A stretch of 64,000 bases of DNA from a virus, in the IMG/VR virus record IMGVR_UViG_3300031949_000012, positions 31,290 through 95,289 of that record. One strand, written 5' to 3'. This document shows, in pieces, positions 8,890-19,400 of this stretch. The stretch's first letter is position 1. Each line of letters opens with the position of its first letter. The translations under genes were made by a program, and so were the position numbers. The notes below the pieces were generated by a model. The model searched no databases. It had not been told where the DNA came from and was given only the letters and a program-made list of their open reading frames with translations.

Positions 8890-9437
8890 TCAAAGACCTG
8901 ATTAACCAGGCCGTAACTGCCATTGTGCCGGCGCCCACCGATGCAGTCCCGGTTAATATCCTGATTGTAGACGATGACTATAGCCAGGTGCAGGCCATTC
9001 ATCGTCTGATTAGCCAACGGGGAATCAAGGTAGAGCCGGCCGGAGGAGCCAGGGAAGCTCTGGAAAAGCTGGATTGGGCGGACATTGTTCTTCTGGATTG
9101 GCGATTGCAGGACAAGGATGCTCAAGTAGTCATAGACCGCTGGGTAGACCGGAAGCAAGATGGGCCGCTGGCTATTATCTCCGGTTACATTACCCCGGAG
9201 CTCAGACAAAAGTTGCTCAAAGAAGGGGCTCACATTGTTTTGGAGAAGCCGGTAGACCTTGAGCTGATGGTGCGAATTTCTGTGCGCTGGATAGAATATA
9301 TTCGGCGCGAGAAAGAGCTGACCCAACTCAAGAAGGATATATACCGGCTCAAAACAACTGGTCTTTTAATCCTAATCCTGGCCTTGGCTTCAATGCTTGC
9401 TTCTCAGGCTGGCCTATCACTGGCAGATTTATGGTGA
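8886..9437 (+). CDS. Orphan response-regulator receiver domain with C-terminal transmembrane helix
   Basis: ILIVDDD, IVLLDW (phosphoacceptor), IISG, LEKP motifs; then coiled coil and hydrophobic tail. Confidence 0.82.
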   Translation: MIKDLINQAVTAIVPAPTDAVPVNILIVDDDYSQVQAIHRLISQRGIKVEPAGGAREALEKLDWADIVLLDWRLQDKDAQVVIDRWVDRKQDGPLAIISGYITPELRQKLLKEGAHIVLEKPVDLELMVRISVRWIEYIRREKELTQLKKDIYRLKTTGLLILILALASMLASQAGLSLADLW

Positions 9438-9739
9438 CAATTATTTATTTGAGCCTGGTTTTCTTATACGCTTGCTTTACTATTTACTATATAACTCTTT
9501 TTACAATCATCATAGTCTCACTAATGGAGAGGCCAAAGAACAAAGATGGCTGGTCTATTGCCCTGATTTATCTGATAGACTGTGTGATTACCGGAATTAT
9601 TGGTTGGTTATTATTTGTAAGATGGTATAACGGTACTCCACTTATTCTATCTGGTCATTTCGCCATGTTAATAGCAAACATTATCAAAATTCCTATTGCA
9701 ACCTGGTTCTTTTATCGCTTCTTTATCTTGAAGAGGTAA
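9431..9739 (+). CDS. Small multi-pass membrane protein (possibly holin-like)
   Basis: Three hydrophobic segments in 102 aa, basic C-terminus, AT-rich. Confidence 0.55.
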   Translation: MVTIIYLSLVFLYACFTIYYITLFTIIIVSLMERPKNKDGWSIALIYLIDCVITGIIGWLLFVRWYNGTPLILSGHFAMLIANIIKIPIATWFFYRFFILKR

Positions 9740-9813
9740 GACATGCAATATCTGATTGAAACCTTACTTATGTTTAACTTGCGACGAATATTTAGCTTGC
9801 GACGAAAACGGTT

Positions 9814-10302
9814 ATGACCAGAAAACTGGTGGGCACAAAAAAGTTAAGTTTAAGCGACGATTTTCTCATCAGGTTGTCCGAACGGATGCGGGGGACGCTA
9901 ATTCAAACTGCTTCAGCTCAGGACACGCTTGAACCTAGCGCTAAGGTAGTGGCAAAAAGCACCGGTGACATTGCCTCGATTGCTTCCGGCCTTGAGAAAT
10001 TGGCTGAGATTGCCAGGGGGACAGAACGTGATTTATCGGCCGTTTCCGGTCATCTGGCCGAGCTGGATATGCAAAGCCTGGTTGATAGAATGGCCGTTGA
10101 TTTGACCAGGATGCTCAACTTTAAGGAGATTGCCCGTTATGATGCCGGGTTGATAAAGGATTTACTAGTTGCCGCCGACCGGCCCATCCTATTTGACGCT
10201 TTACGCCAGGGGGAGCCGGATTTGGTTGAGAAGCTAAAGGGCATCATTGTAGCAGTAGAGCAAAATCGTATCGAGAGGAGCCGGCTAAAGAATGGCCTTT
10301 GA
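9814..10302 (+). CDS. Hypothetical helical protein
   Basis: 162-aa ORF overlapping the next virion gene. Confidence 0.6.
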   Translation: MTRKLVGTKKLSLSDDFLIRLSERMRGTLIQTASAQDTLEPSAKVVAKSTGDIASIASGLEKLAEIARGTERDLSAVSGHLAELDMQSLVDRMAVDLTRMLNFKEIARYDAGLIKDLLVAADRPILFDALRQGEPDLVEKLKGIIVAVEQNRIERSRLKNGL

Positions 10303-10930
10303 GGAAATCAACCGCTTTCCTGAACTGAAGAGGGACTTGAGCGCCGTATTTGACCAGAAGCGAGCTTCCGATATTGCTGGAAAGTATCTGCAAAGCCCGG
10401 CAGACCGCTTTATATCAGCCGTTTTAGCCTGGGCCCCGGAAGGGATAAATGCTCCAGTTGGCAACCAGCCATCGCAGCGAATTTGGGGCAAAACCTTTGC
10501 GGCGTCTTGGGCACATCCGGTAATGGTTGGTAATTCAGATCGCGCTTCCGGTAACACCGTACAAATTCCCCTGGACCACCCTTCGGTTAATGCCGGTTGG
10601 ACAAGCGACATTTTAGACTGGCTTATTTATGGTACTTATCCTCACGTTATCAGGGGCAAACCCAAAGTTCATTTTTGGTGGGGAGCGCCCTTGCAATGGC
10701 CGGCGAAGGATGGTAAGCCGGCTGGGGAAAGGGTCTACTTCAGTGTTGGCTCTCAATTCGTTATCAACCGGGGCTATTGGGCCTCACCTGGCTTTGACTT
10801 TGTGACAGCAGCTATCCAGGCTACTGAGGAAGATTTCAACCAGGCCAGGGATGAAGCAGCCGATGAATTGCTCAATGCGCCGCTGAAAACAAGCGACCTG
10901 TTGAAATTTATCCGAACTGAGGAAGCATGA
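10292..10930 (+). CDS. Putative tail completion/neck protein (HK97 gp10-like)
   Basis: WAP...IYGTYPHVI...PG pattern; position. Confidence 0.55.
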   Translation: MAFEEINRFPELKRDLSAVFDQKRASDIAGKYLQSPADRFISAVLAWAPEGINAPVGNQPSQRIWGKTFAASWAHPVMVGNSDRASGNTVQIPLDHPSVNAGWTSDILDWLIYGTYPHVIRGKPKVHFWWGAPLQWPAKDGKPAGERVYFSVGSQFVINRGYWASPGFDFVTAAIQATEEDFNQARDEAADELLNAPLKTSDLLKFIRTEEA

Positions 10931-11463
10931 ACGATGCTCAATGCCGGCTAGCTGTAAAACAGCTGCTTATGGCCAACAATGAACACCTGACAGCCGGTTT
11001 AACTATTCAGGGGCAGCAGGTCTGGCTCAGGAGTGTGGCAGTTAGCGGCAACACGCCACCCGCAGTTTTCCCATTTGTTTCGGTGACAACACCCTCAGCC
11101 CTGGAAAACGACGTAGGGGGAAACACCCTTTGGGCACAATCGAGAGCTGAGTACGAAATATTGGTTACGGTGCTGAATATGGCCGTAGCCCAACCAGAAG
11201 ATACCACCGTTTATGAGGAAAGCGACCTGGTGCATACCCGGCTTTGTGATAGGATTATTGCTTTGTTCAAAGACCGGAATAATCGCTGGCTGACTGAAGA
11301 TGAAAGTGAACTCAAATTCGAGCTTAAACGAGGTGCAGCTATAAACCGGGTCAATTTTCACTCTGGCCTGGTTTGGGAGCAGGATACCGGTTATCACAGC
11401 CGGTTAGCGACAGAAATCAGACTTACTCTTGAGCAGAGGTGTACCAGTGACACGACGCTTTGA
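10927..11463 (+). CDS. Putative tail terminator
   Basis: FPFVSV motif, size, position before tail tube. Confidence 0.5.
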   Translation: MNDAQCRLAVKQLLMANNEHLTAGLTIQGQQVWLRSVAVSGNTPPAVFPFVSVTTPSALENDVGGNTLWAQSRAEYEILVTVLNMAVAQPEDTTVYEESDLVHTRLCDRIIALFKDRNNRWLTEDESELKFELKRGAAINRVNFHSGLVWEQDTGYHSRLATEIRLTLEQRCTSDTTL

Positions 11464-11806
11464 TAAATTGCAAACGCCGGTTGAAATTGAACCCATCGAA
11501 ATCACCGTAACCGAAGAAACCGGCTTTCTAACTCATGAAGATGAAGTAATCCCTGAAAGCAACGGCTCACTTCCCCGGCCAACGGTTTCAATGGCCTGCA
11601 TTTCTCGGCTGGGAAGTTATAGCTGCACCGGGCTTGTTACTGGCAGGTCTTATCATATTGAACATACCGGCACATCAGGTATAGACCTGGAAGATGCCGA
11701 AATTATTTCTACTACGTCCATCACCATCCGGTGTAGGCGCACCGGAGGTTGGATCGATGTAATTCCGGCCGGAATTACATCGGATATTGAGTTTGTCGAA
11801 ATATGA
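11429..11806 (+). CDS. Hypothetical protein
   Basis: ORF fills the gap in the operon; start uncertain. Confidence 0.5.
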   Translation: MSRGVPVTRRFDKLQTPVEIEPIEITVTEETGFLTHEDEVIPESNGSLPRPTVSMACISRLGSYSCTGLVTGRSYHIEHTGTSGIDLEDAEIISTTSITIRCRRTGGWIDVIPAGITSDIEFVEI

Positions 11807-11834
11807 TTAGTTAAATAGTTAAAGGAGAAAGATC

Positions 11835-12494
11835 ATGGCTGAGTTTTTTACCCACGCAGGACCGACCGCAACCTTACCCTACACCGCGGAATGGGAAAGC
11901 AGAGTTCGTATTGGCACAGGCCAGGGCTATGCAGCCCTCTCTGTTACCGGAGACTTATACGTCGCCGGATATGATTATGCCTCGATTGGATTGCAGGCCA
12001 GCAAAGCAACCGACCTGGGCATTTTGGGGGCGGCGCCATCCATTGAACCCATTGCTACCTTTGAGGAAATTGAGGGTGGTAATGTCAAGAGTTCAGGCGA
12101 ATTTAGCCTGACTGAGGAAGGGTTGACGATTGGCCTCTCCCTCCGGGAGTGGAACCCCACCGTGATTGAAGCGGTTGTGGCTAACGGTTCCATGTATACG
12201 GTTGGGGCTGGCGGCACGCAGCGGCTGATTGAGGCTGGTGGTTCTTGTACCATTCGTAACCGGCCGCTTGAAATTTCAGCGTTCAATATCGGTTGTAACG
12301 CGCCGGCAGCACAAGCTATTGCTGCCGGTATCCAGGGCTGGGTGATGACCGTTTATGGCGGGTACTTCTCGTCAGGTTTTAACATTGGCGAGCTTTCCCC
12401 GCGTGAAACCAGCATTTTGGAGCTGGAATATACGGCTATTCCGCTGTTGACCAAGGCCCTGGGCAACCGACTTTATAACATCTACATGTATTAG
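11835..12494 (+). CDS. Major tail tube protein
   Basis: Strong RBS, 219 aa beta-rich, directly upstream of chaperone and tape measure. Confidence 0.7.
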   Translation: MAEFFTHAGPTATLPYTAEWESRVRIGTGQGYAALSVTGDLYVAGYDYASIGLQASKATDLGILGAAPSIEPIATFEEIEGGNVKSSGEFSLTEEGLTIGLSLREWNPTVIEAVVANGSMYTVGAGGTQRLIEAGGSCTIRNRPLEISAFNIGCNAPAAQAIAAGIQGWVMTVYGGYFSSGFNIGELSPRETSILELEYTAIPLLTKALGNRLYNIYMY

Positions 12495-12502
12495 GAGCTT
12501 TT

Positions 12503-12994
12503 ATGGCAGGTAAAAATCGTTTCAGAACCTCAAACAAGCCCAAGAAATATTCCGGGACGGTCACTATCCGGTCACTGGCCCTCAGTGAAACCTTCGAGAT
12601 TGATGTGCCTATGCCGGTTGGCCGGATGTGGTCTACTCTGGCCCTGGAAATGCTGGACGCAGTAAGCGCCTTCCAGAAGAACCAAGAAGTTGCCGTGAAT
12701 GGCAACGGCCAGTTATCCGATATGGAACGCCAGGATGCCATGATGCGGGCAATCAAGGCTATCTTCAAAGAAGATGAATGGTGGGCGCGATTGATGCCGG
12801 CTGCCTTTGGGGTTCTGGACGAACCAGATGATACCGCCTTTTTACAAGAAAACTTTACCATGATGGAACTTATCACAGCCTGGTTTGAGGCGGCTGGTAC
12901 TATTGCCTCGGTCGCCCTGGGAGGGGCTGCGGTGCAAGAAGCCCTGGGAAAATCTCAGGACGCCGAGGTAATAGCCGGAGTTCTGGCGGAGTAA
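12503..12994 (+). CDS. Tail assembly chaperone (gpG-like)
   Basis: Position; slippery G GGA AAA at 12946-12952. Confidence 0.78.
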   Translation: MAGKNRFRTSNKPKKYSGTVTIRSLALSETFEIDVPMPVGRMWSTLALEMLDAVSAFQKNQEVAVNGNGQLSDMERQDAMMRAIKAIFKEDEWWARLMPAAFGVLDEPDDTAFLQENFTMMELITAWFEAAGTIASVALGGAAVQEALGKSQDAEVIAGVLAE

Positions 12995-13434
12995 AGACCC
13001 ATCTGGGTGTCTATGATATAGATGCCCTGCTCTGGAAGCACTTCGGCGTCAGCTGGAAATTCATCGAGTACCAACTTCCGGTCAGCGATTATTACTGCAT
13101 GCTGGCCAAATCCCTGGACTACGATGAGCTTGAGAACTATCAGCGCTGGTGTGAGCTTGGGAATAAGCCGGGCAAATTTAAGTGGCAAAGTCTGGATCAT
13201 GCTGGCACCAGGCCGCTGCAAACCCAGTTACCGCCAGGTGGCTCAACCATAGATAGTCGTGGTGGCCCCAAGCCGCCTGTCTTTCAGGTTGGGGTTGGTA
13301 TTCAGGCGATTGAGGCACTGGCCAACGCACAAGGACGAGTTGTCTGCTACATCTACTCGGATGGCCGGACGATAGACCGGGATGGCCAGCCATTAAGTAA
13401 AACGGCTGAAATGATACCTTACTACATCAAATAG
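12946..13434 (+). CDS. -1 frameshift extension of tail chaperone (gpGT-like)
   Basis: -1 frame is open from the slippery heptamer through ORF 13099-13434. Confidence 0.75.
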   Translation, partial: GKISGRRGNSRSSGGVKTHLGVYDIDALLWKHFGVSWKFIEYQLPVSDYYCMLAKSLDYDELENYQRWCELGNKPGKFKWQSLDHAGTRPLQTQLPPGGSTIDSRGGPKPPVFQVGVGIQAIEALANAQGRVVCYIYSDGRTIDRDGQPLSKTAEMIPYYIK

Positions 13435-13441
13435 TGAGCCC

Positions 13442-16400
13442 ATGGCAATACGGTCCGTTTACGAAGCCCAGATTAAGTTCGAGCTGGACGAAGAACAACT
13501 GGATAAGTCACTGGCGCGAGCGGCAGAAGCTGCACGAAACGCCGCCAAGAAAATTAGCGATACCCTTGGCGGCGTTTCTGTCAGTGGCTTTGGTATTGCC
13601 CGTGGCAAAGCTGGCGAATTTGGCGGGTTACAAGACCTTTCTCTCAAAGAGGCCAAACTTTTTATTGGCGAGGCCAGAGGTATTTTTAGAGAGCTTGAGA
13701 ATGTCAGTAAAGAAGGGCTCCTAAAAGCCTTCGAGGAGATCGAGACCCAGACCGGCGTATCAACCAAGGCGATTATCGCCACTTTCGCCCGTATGAACCC
13801 GGAAATACGCCAGCTGTGGGTGGCGTTCAAAGAAGGCGGTATTGAGGAAGTGCAGCGCCTCTTTGATGCTGTGGTAGGGCACTCGATTATTCCAGACTTA
13901 ATTGATAAGATTGTTCTTGAGTTTGTCAAATTACCTGATTTGACAAAACCCCGCATTACCGAACTGCTGGATCAATTCCAGCGGTTAGACCGGGAAAGCA
14001 CCGGCCTTGTTTCTGGTGCTGTATCCAAAGAAGCTCGTCAAGTTGAAAGAGAGCTAGAAGGGTTACTGCGCCGTGTCAAGGCAGAAAGCTCTTTAGCTTC
14101 GTTCAAGGTCTCTATCCCAGAAATCAAAATCCCAGATGTTAAGCAGCTATTTTCTCCTCTGGTTAATCAGGCTGCAAATGCCGGGCGACAGGTTGGAGAT
14201 ACCCTAAAAACTTCTATAGCTAATAGCTTTGGTGAAATTAGCAAGCAAGCTGGCAAGGTATCCGGTTTCTTTGAGTTCTTAGACCCAAGACTGCTTAAGC
14301 CAGTGCTGGTTGATTTAGGCCAGGCTTTATCAGAGTTACCCAAGGCTTTCGGTCAGGTTGGGAAACAGGCTGGCCAGGCTTTGGCTGAACCGCTGCTTGA
14401 ATTAAGCCGGCCGGTGGCCGATGCAGCCCGAAAATTGGGAGCTGACATCGGCTTGTCTCTTTCCCAGGGGATGGAAGTTTTAAGAACCGGACCAAGTGAT
14501 GTCTTGAGGGAAGTAACCAGCGCGGTTACTTCCTTTGGCGACGCAACCAGGGAAGTCTTTGGCCAGGTAATAGCTCGGACGGTTGTGCCGGCGTCCGAAC
14601 TGATGGTCGAAGTCATTGCCGAAGTTGATTCTAAAACGGCCGGTTTACAGCAAGCCCTTCGCATTTTGGGTGAAGGGATGAAAAGCAGCCTGCAAGGTGG
14701 CGGTCAGATTGCCACTTCTGCTTTGAATACGGCTGGTCAGGCCATTAGCAATTTTGGACAGCAGGTCAACTCCTTAACTACCAAGATTGGCGTCCAGGCA
14801 CAAAATACGTTTGGCGCTTTTGCCTTGGGAATGAAGCAAAATATCACCCAAGGCTTTTCTCTGGCTGCATCGAGTATTGCCCAGGGCGCAACCAATATTG
14901 GTTCTTCTCTAAATAATGTCCTTCAGCAATCCACCCAATTTGCCACTATTTTTAGTCGGAATATTAAGCAGGCACAGATAGCCGTAGCTACGGCGGCTGT
15001 TCCGGCGCAAACGTTTCAACTACCAGACCTTAGACAACAAATTGCTCACTTAGAACAGCAGATGTCCCGCTTCACTTCCAAGTCAGGTGAGGGCTTCAAG
15101 GAGCTTAACCGCCGTTTCACTGAGACTAGAGGCGAAGTTATCAAGCTGCAACACGAAGTCGATCAGGGGATCATCAATCCGGCCGTACTTACGACTGCTG
15201 AAAAAGGCTTACAAGCGATTGGCGTCGAGATTGAAAAACTCAGGCGAGTCGAGATTGGCCGCATCACCGGCGAGTTCAACCAGGTTGGTAAAACCGCTGA
15301 CCTGTCAGCTAAGGCGATAGGGGGATTTGGCACCGCGATGACCCTGGCCTCAGAGACTGGGGGAAATAAGCTCTTTGCCTTACGGTTGGCTCTGTTTGGT
15401 GTCCGAGATGTCGCCGGGCCGCTAGGCGGCATCTTCAATCGCTTTGGCCGGGACTTGGATAAAGTGGGCATTGCCGAAGACAAGCTGGCTCAGGCTTCGG
15501 TGAAGGTTAGCCAGACCTTGGCTAAACAAACCACAGCTATGAAGGGGCAGGTGGATGACCTGAAACGACTAGGTCAACTGGAGGGGGTTCGGGTTGAGGT
15601 TTTTTCGGACTTAGATGCTCAGGTCAGCCGGGTTGAAAAATCCTATAAGGATATGATTACAACCATTGAGTCCGGCGGTAAACCAACTGCTCAACAGCTA
15701 TCACGAATCAGAACCGAAGCCAAACAGCTTGAGATCGAGTTTCAACAAATTCGGAAGTCCGGCCCACTTCCAGCGAATGTACTGAATGGTCTCAAGCAGC
15801 TTGAGCAAAGAATAAAGTCCAATGTGCCGGCTACCCGGTTCTTGGCCGCTACGATGGACCACCTCTCCGGCGCGGTGGATAAAGCTAGGGCCAAGCAAAG
15901 CGGTCTAAGCAAAGAGACTGAGACAATCGGGCGGCGATTTAGCCTGCTACGGAGAGACACAAAACAAGCTGAGACCGGTTTGAATGAAGTCCGGCAAAGT
16001 GCCGAGAAGACTTCTGGGGCAATGCGAACCATTGGCGGCGCATTGAACACTTTCAAGGCAACGTTCCTGGGCGTTTTTGGGGGGAATATCCTCTCAGGCC
16101 TGGTTTTTCGTCTACGCGATTCGATTGAGCAGCTGCCCTTCACTTTAATCAAATTAGGTAGCGATGCTGAAGAAAGTATGAGCAAGTTTGCCACCGTTTT
16201 TGAGGGTGGTGGTGTAGCTGGCGAACAGTTTGGTGTTCAGTTCACCGAGTTAGCTGAGAATACGTTCAGCCGGATTAGTGAGTTTGCCAAAAAGGTGGGC
16301 CGCAGCAAATTCGACCTGGCCGGTTTTGCGGCCACCTTACAAGATACATTTGTGCCACTGGGCTTTGCCTCTGAGCAGGCAGCCGAAATGAGTGGGGCGC

Positions 16401-19400
16401 TGACCAAGCTGACTGTAGATATGTCTAGCTTTAACAATATTTCTGAGCCGGAAACGCTTCGTGCCATACAATCGGCTATTGTGGGAAACCACGAAACCAT
16501 GCGACCGTATGGCGTGATAATCACCGAAACAACTCTCAAACTCGAAGGATTGCGACTTGGGCTTATCGCTGGCAAACAAGAGATGAGTGAGCAGCAAAAA
16601 GTGATGGCTCGCTTGAGCTTGATTATTGCCGGCAATGCGGCTGCTATTGGTGATGCTGAGCGAACTGCCGGTTCTTGGGCTAATCAACAAAGACAATTTA
16701 CTTCGGTATTAAAGGATACCGGCACAACGTTGGGCCTGACCATACAACAAACATTGGCGCCATTCTTGAAAATTTTGGTTCAGATTACCCAACAGGTCGG
16801 CCCGAAAGTTCTGGCTTTTTTTGAGGGCTTAGACGCCAAAGTGCGTCCCTTTATGGCTACCCTGGCCGATGCTTTTGGCTCCGGCAACTGGTCACAGGTG
16901 ATGGACCTTTTCGCTGGAGCGTTAGAAACCGGCGTTAATAACGCTCTGACTTTCCTGGAAGGTTTTATTCCTCAAGCCTTTGAATGGGGTTTTAATTTCG
17001 CCGTCGAGATTGCGAATGGCCTGATTGATGCTGCCTCATCGGTTATCATGGATGCGGTAAATTATATTGGCGAGCTCATCTCATCTTTCCTTGAGGGAAG
17101 CTCGCCACCAGAACAAGGGCCGCTCTCTACGATTGACCAATGGGCCAAGGGCCTGGTTGACACCTTCTCCTCCGGCTTCGATGATGCTGATTTCAGTTTT
17201 ATGACCGATGTCTTAGGCTCGATTTCCGATGCGCTAACCAAGGCCAACTTTGACTCAGTTAAACAAGGGCTGGTTGGCCTGGTAGATGAGATTAACCGTA
17301 CCGGCAACTTTAGCACCGAGTCATTCAATGCTCTGACCGCCCAACTTGGCGAGGGAAATGAAGAACTCAAGAAGACATTGGAATTAAACCTCGAACTCGA
17401 AAAGGCCCGTAAGAATGTCTTAGACGTTGAGAGTGAAGTGGCAGCGGCTGAGAAGGCTGGTTTTGTGCCTTCTGCTTTGCGAAGCAAGCTGGATGCAGCC
17501 AAAAAGGAGCAAAGCCAGGCCGAAAAGAATATCAAGACCCAAGAAGCATTTCTGAAGTTTCAAAAGTTAGGTTTGGACGACATTCAGAAGTCCAGCGCCT
17601 CGGCTGGTAAGGCCGCGGCCAATGCGGCCAAGGCTGGTACGAAGGCGGTTAAAGAGGCAGTTGACAAACAACTTGAGTTTATTCAAAGTGGTTTTGCCAG
17701 AGAGAAAGCCTTGCTTGATGAAAAGTTAGCCCGTGGCGCAATCTCTTACGAAGAATATCTGGGCGAGCTTATTAAACTTGAGGAAAAGTATGTTGACGCT
17801 TCGCTTGAAGAAGGGCTAACCGGCAATCTTGAAGAACATATCGCTAACCTGAATAAGCTCAGGGCCGAACTGGAAACGCTCAAGAAAACAGCTAAAGAAG
17901 CCGGAAAAGGTACCGGCCTTATTCCCGAAGACCTATTGGGCAAAATCCTTGAGCCTATCGCCTTGCCTAAGCTGGATGAGGTTTCTACCAAGATTACGGC
18001 TGCCTTCAAGGACATAGGCAGCACAATTGGCGCTAACTTCTCCGACGCCTTTGAGGTTTCGGTCAAACAAAAACTGCCTGAAGCGATGGGGCGTATTGGC
18101 AGTTCTATCCTAGAAGGCTTGAAAAGAATATTTGGCCGTTTGACTTCAGGCGAACTAACCGCTAAGGAGGGCATTATCGGCACGTTACTCTTGGGAGGTG
18201 GGGCCGCCGCCGCCTTGAAAGCCCTGGCGCCAATTGGGGTGTCGCTGCTAAAAATCTTGAGCATTGCCAAACGGTTTACCCCGGTTGGATTAGCTCTTTT
18301 TTTGGTCTTCAGGAATTGGGATAAGATTAGCGCGGCATTAACGGCAACCTGGGAATTTCTGACAGACATCTGGACCAAGTTTACCGGAAAACTTGGGGGA
18401 ACTGAAGCCACAATCAGGACTATCACCGGTATTCTCCAGAACTTAGCCGATGTCGCCAGAACTATTGGGGGTAATATCCAGGAACTTATCTCAAACATCC
18501 TGAAGGGCGAGCCAGTATCCTTTCAGGATTTCTCGAATGTTTTTGATTTTAGTGGATTAAATCTTGAGCCTATCAAAGTAGTCGGCCGGGCAATGTTTGA
18601 CGCTCTGAAGGAAGCGATTAGTGAAAGGTTTAACACCGAGGGGTTAATCCCCAAGATGGACCCGGCCATTGCTGCCAACATTACCGGTATTCTGGACAAA
18701 ATCAAGCAGGCTTTTGCCGACTTTATGAAAGAGGGGGAGCTGGGGGCAGAGTTGGCCCGATTGTTCAAGATTATCTCAGATAACGTGCCAGCTGCTCTGG
18801 CTTTGCTTGGCGCTATGGTTCCGGCTTTGTTGGCTATTACCAATACCACCGGCGCAGTAACGCCGGTTATTGGTTCACTCACCATTGGCATCAGCAAGTT
18901 TATTCCTATTGTAGCTGCAGCCATGGTAGTCATCCGGCATTTTGGCGAAATCTGGCCTTTTGTCAGTGATGCTTTAGCCGGTGTGGTCAGGGTTATCAGT
19001 GGCGCAGTCTTGGTTATTGGTGGCTTCTTCAAACTCTTTAGCGATGAAACCAGGACTGAGGGTATCAAACAAATCTGGCAAGGAACAGCTGATATTTTCA
19101 CCGGTTCAGTGGATGTGATGCTAAACGCCGGTTCAGCCCTGGCTGTTTTCTTTGTTAATATGGTAGGTGATATTTCAGGTACTATTGCTAATCTATTGAC
19201 AGCAATGGGATTTGGGCCTGAAGTAACTCAGCCATTCCTGAATGTGCAAGAAGCAATGACCCATATCAGTACCGCCTTTATCAACACGGTAGCCCAGGTT
19301 AGAGTGACCCTGCAGCAACTTAATTTTTTGATTTCTTACTTCCTTGGCCAGGTCAACGACTTTATCATAGGCTGGGCGCAAAAGATTTACGATTATCTGG

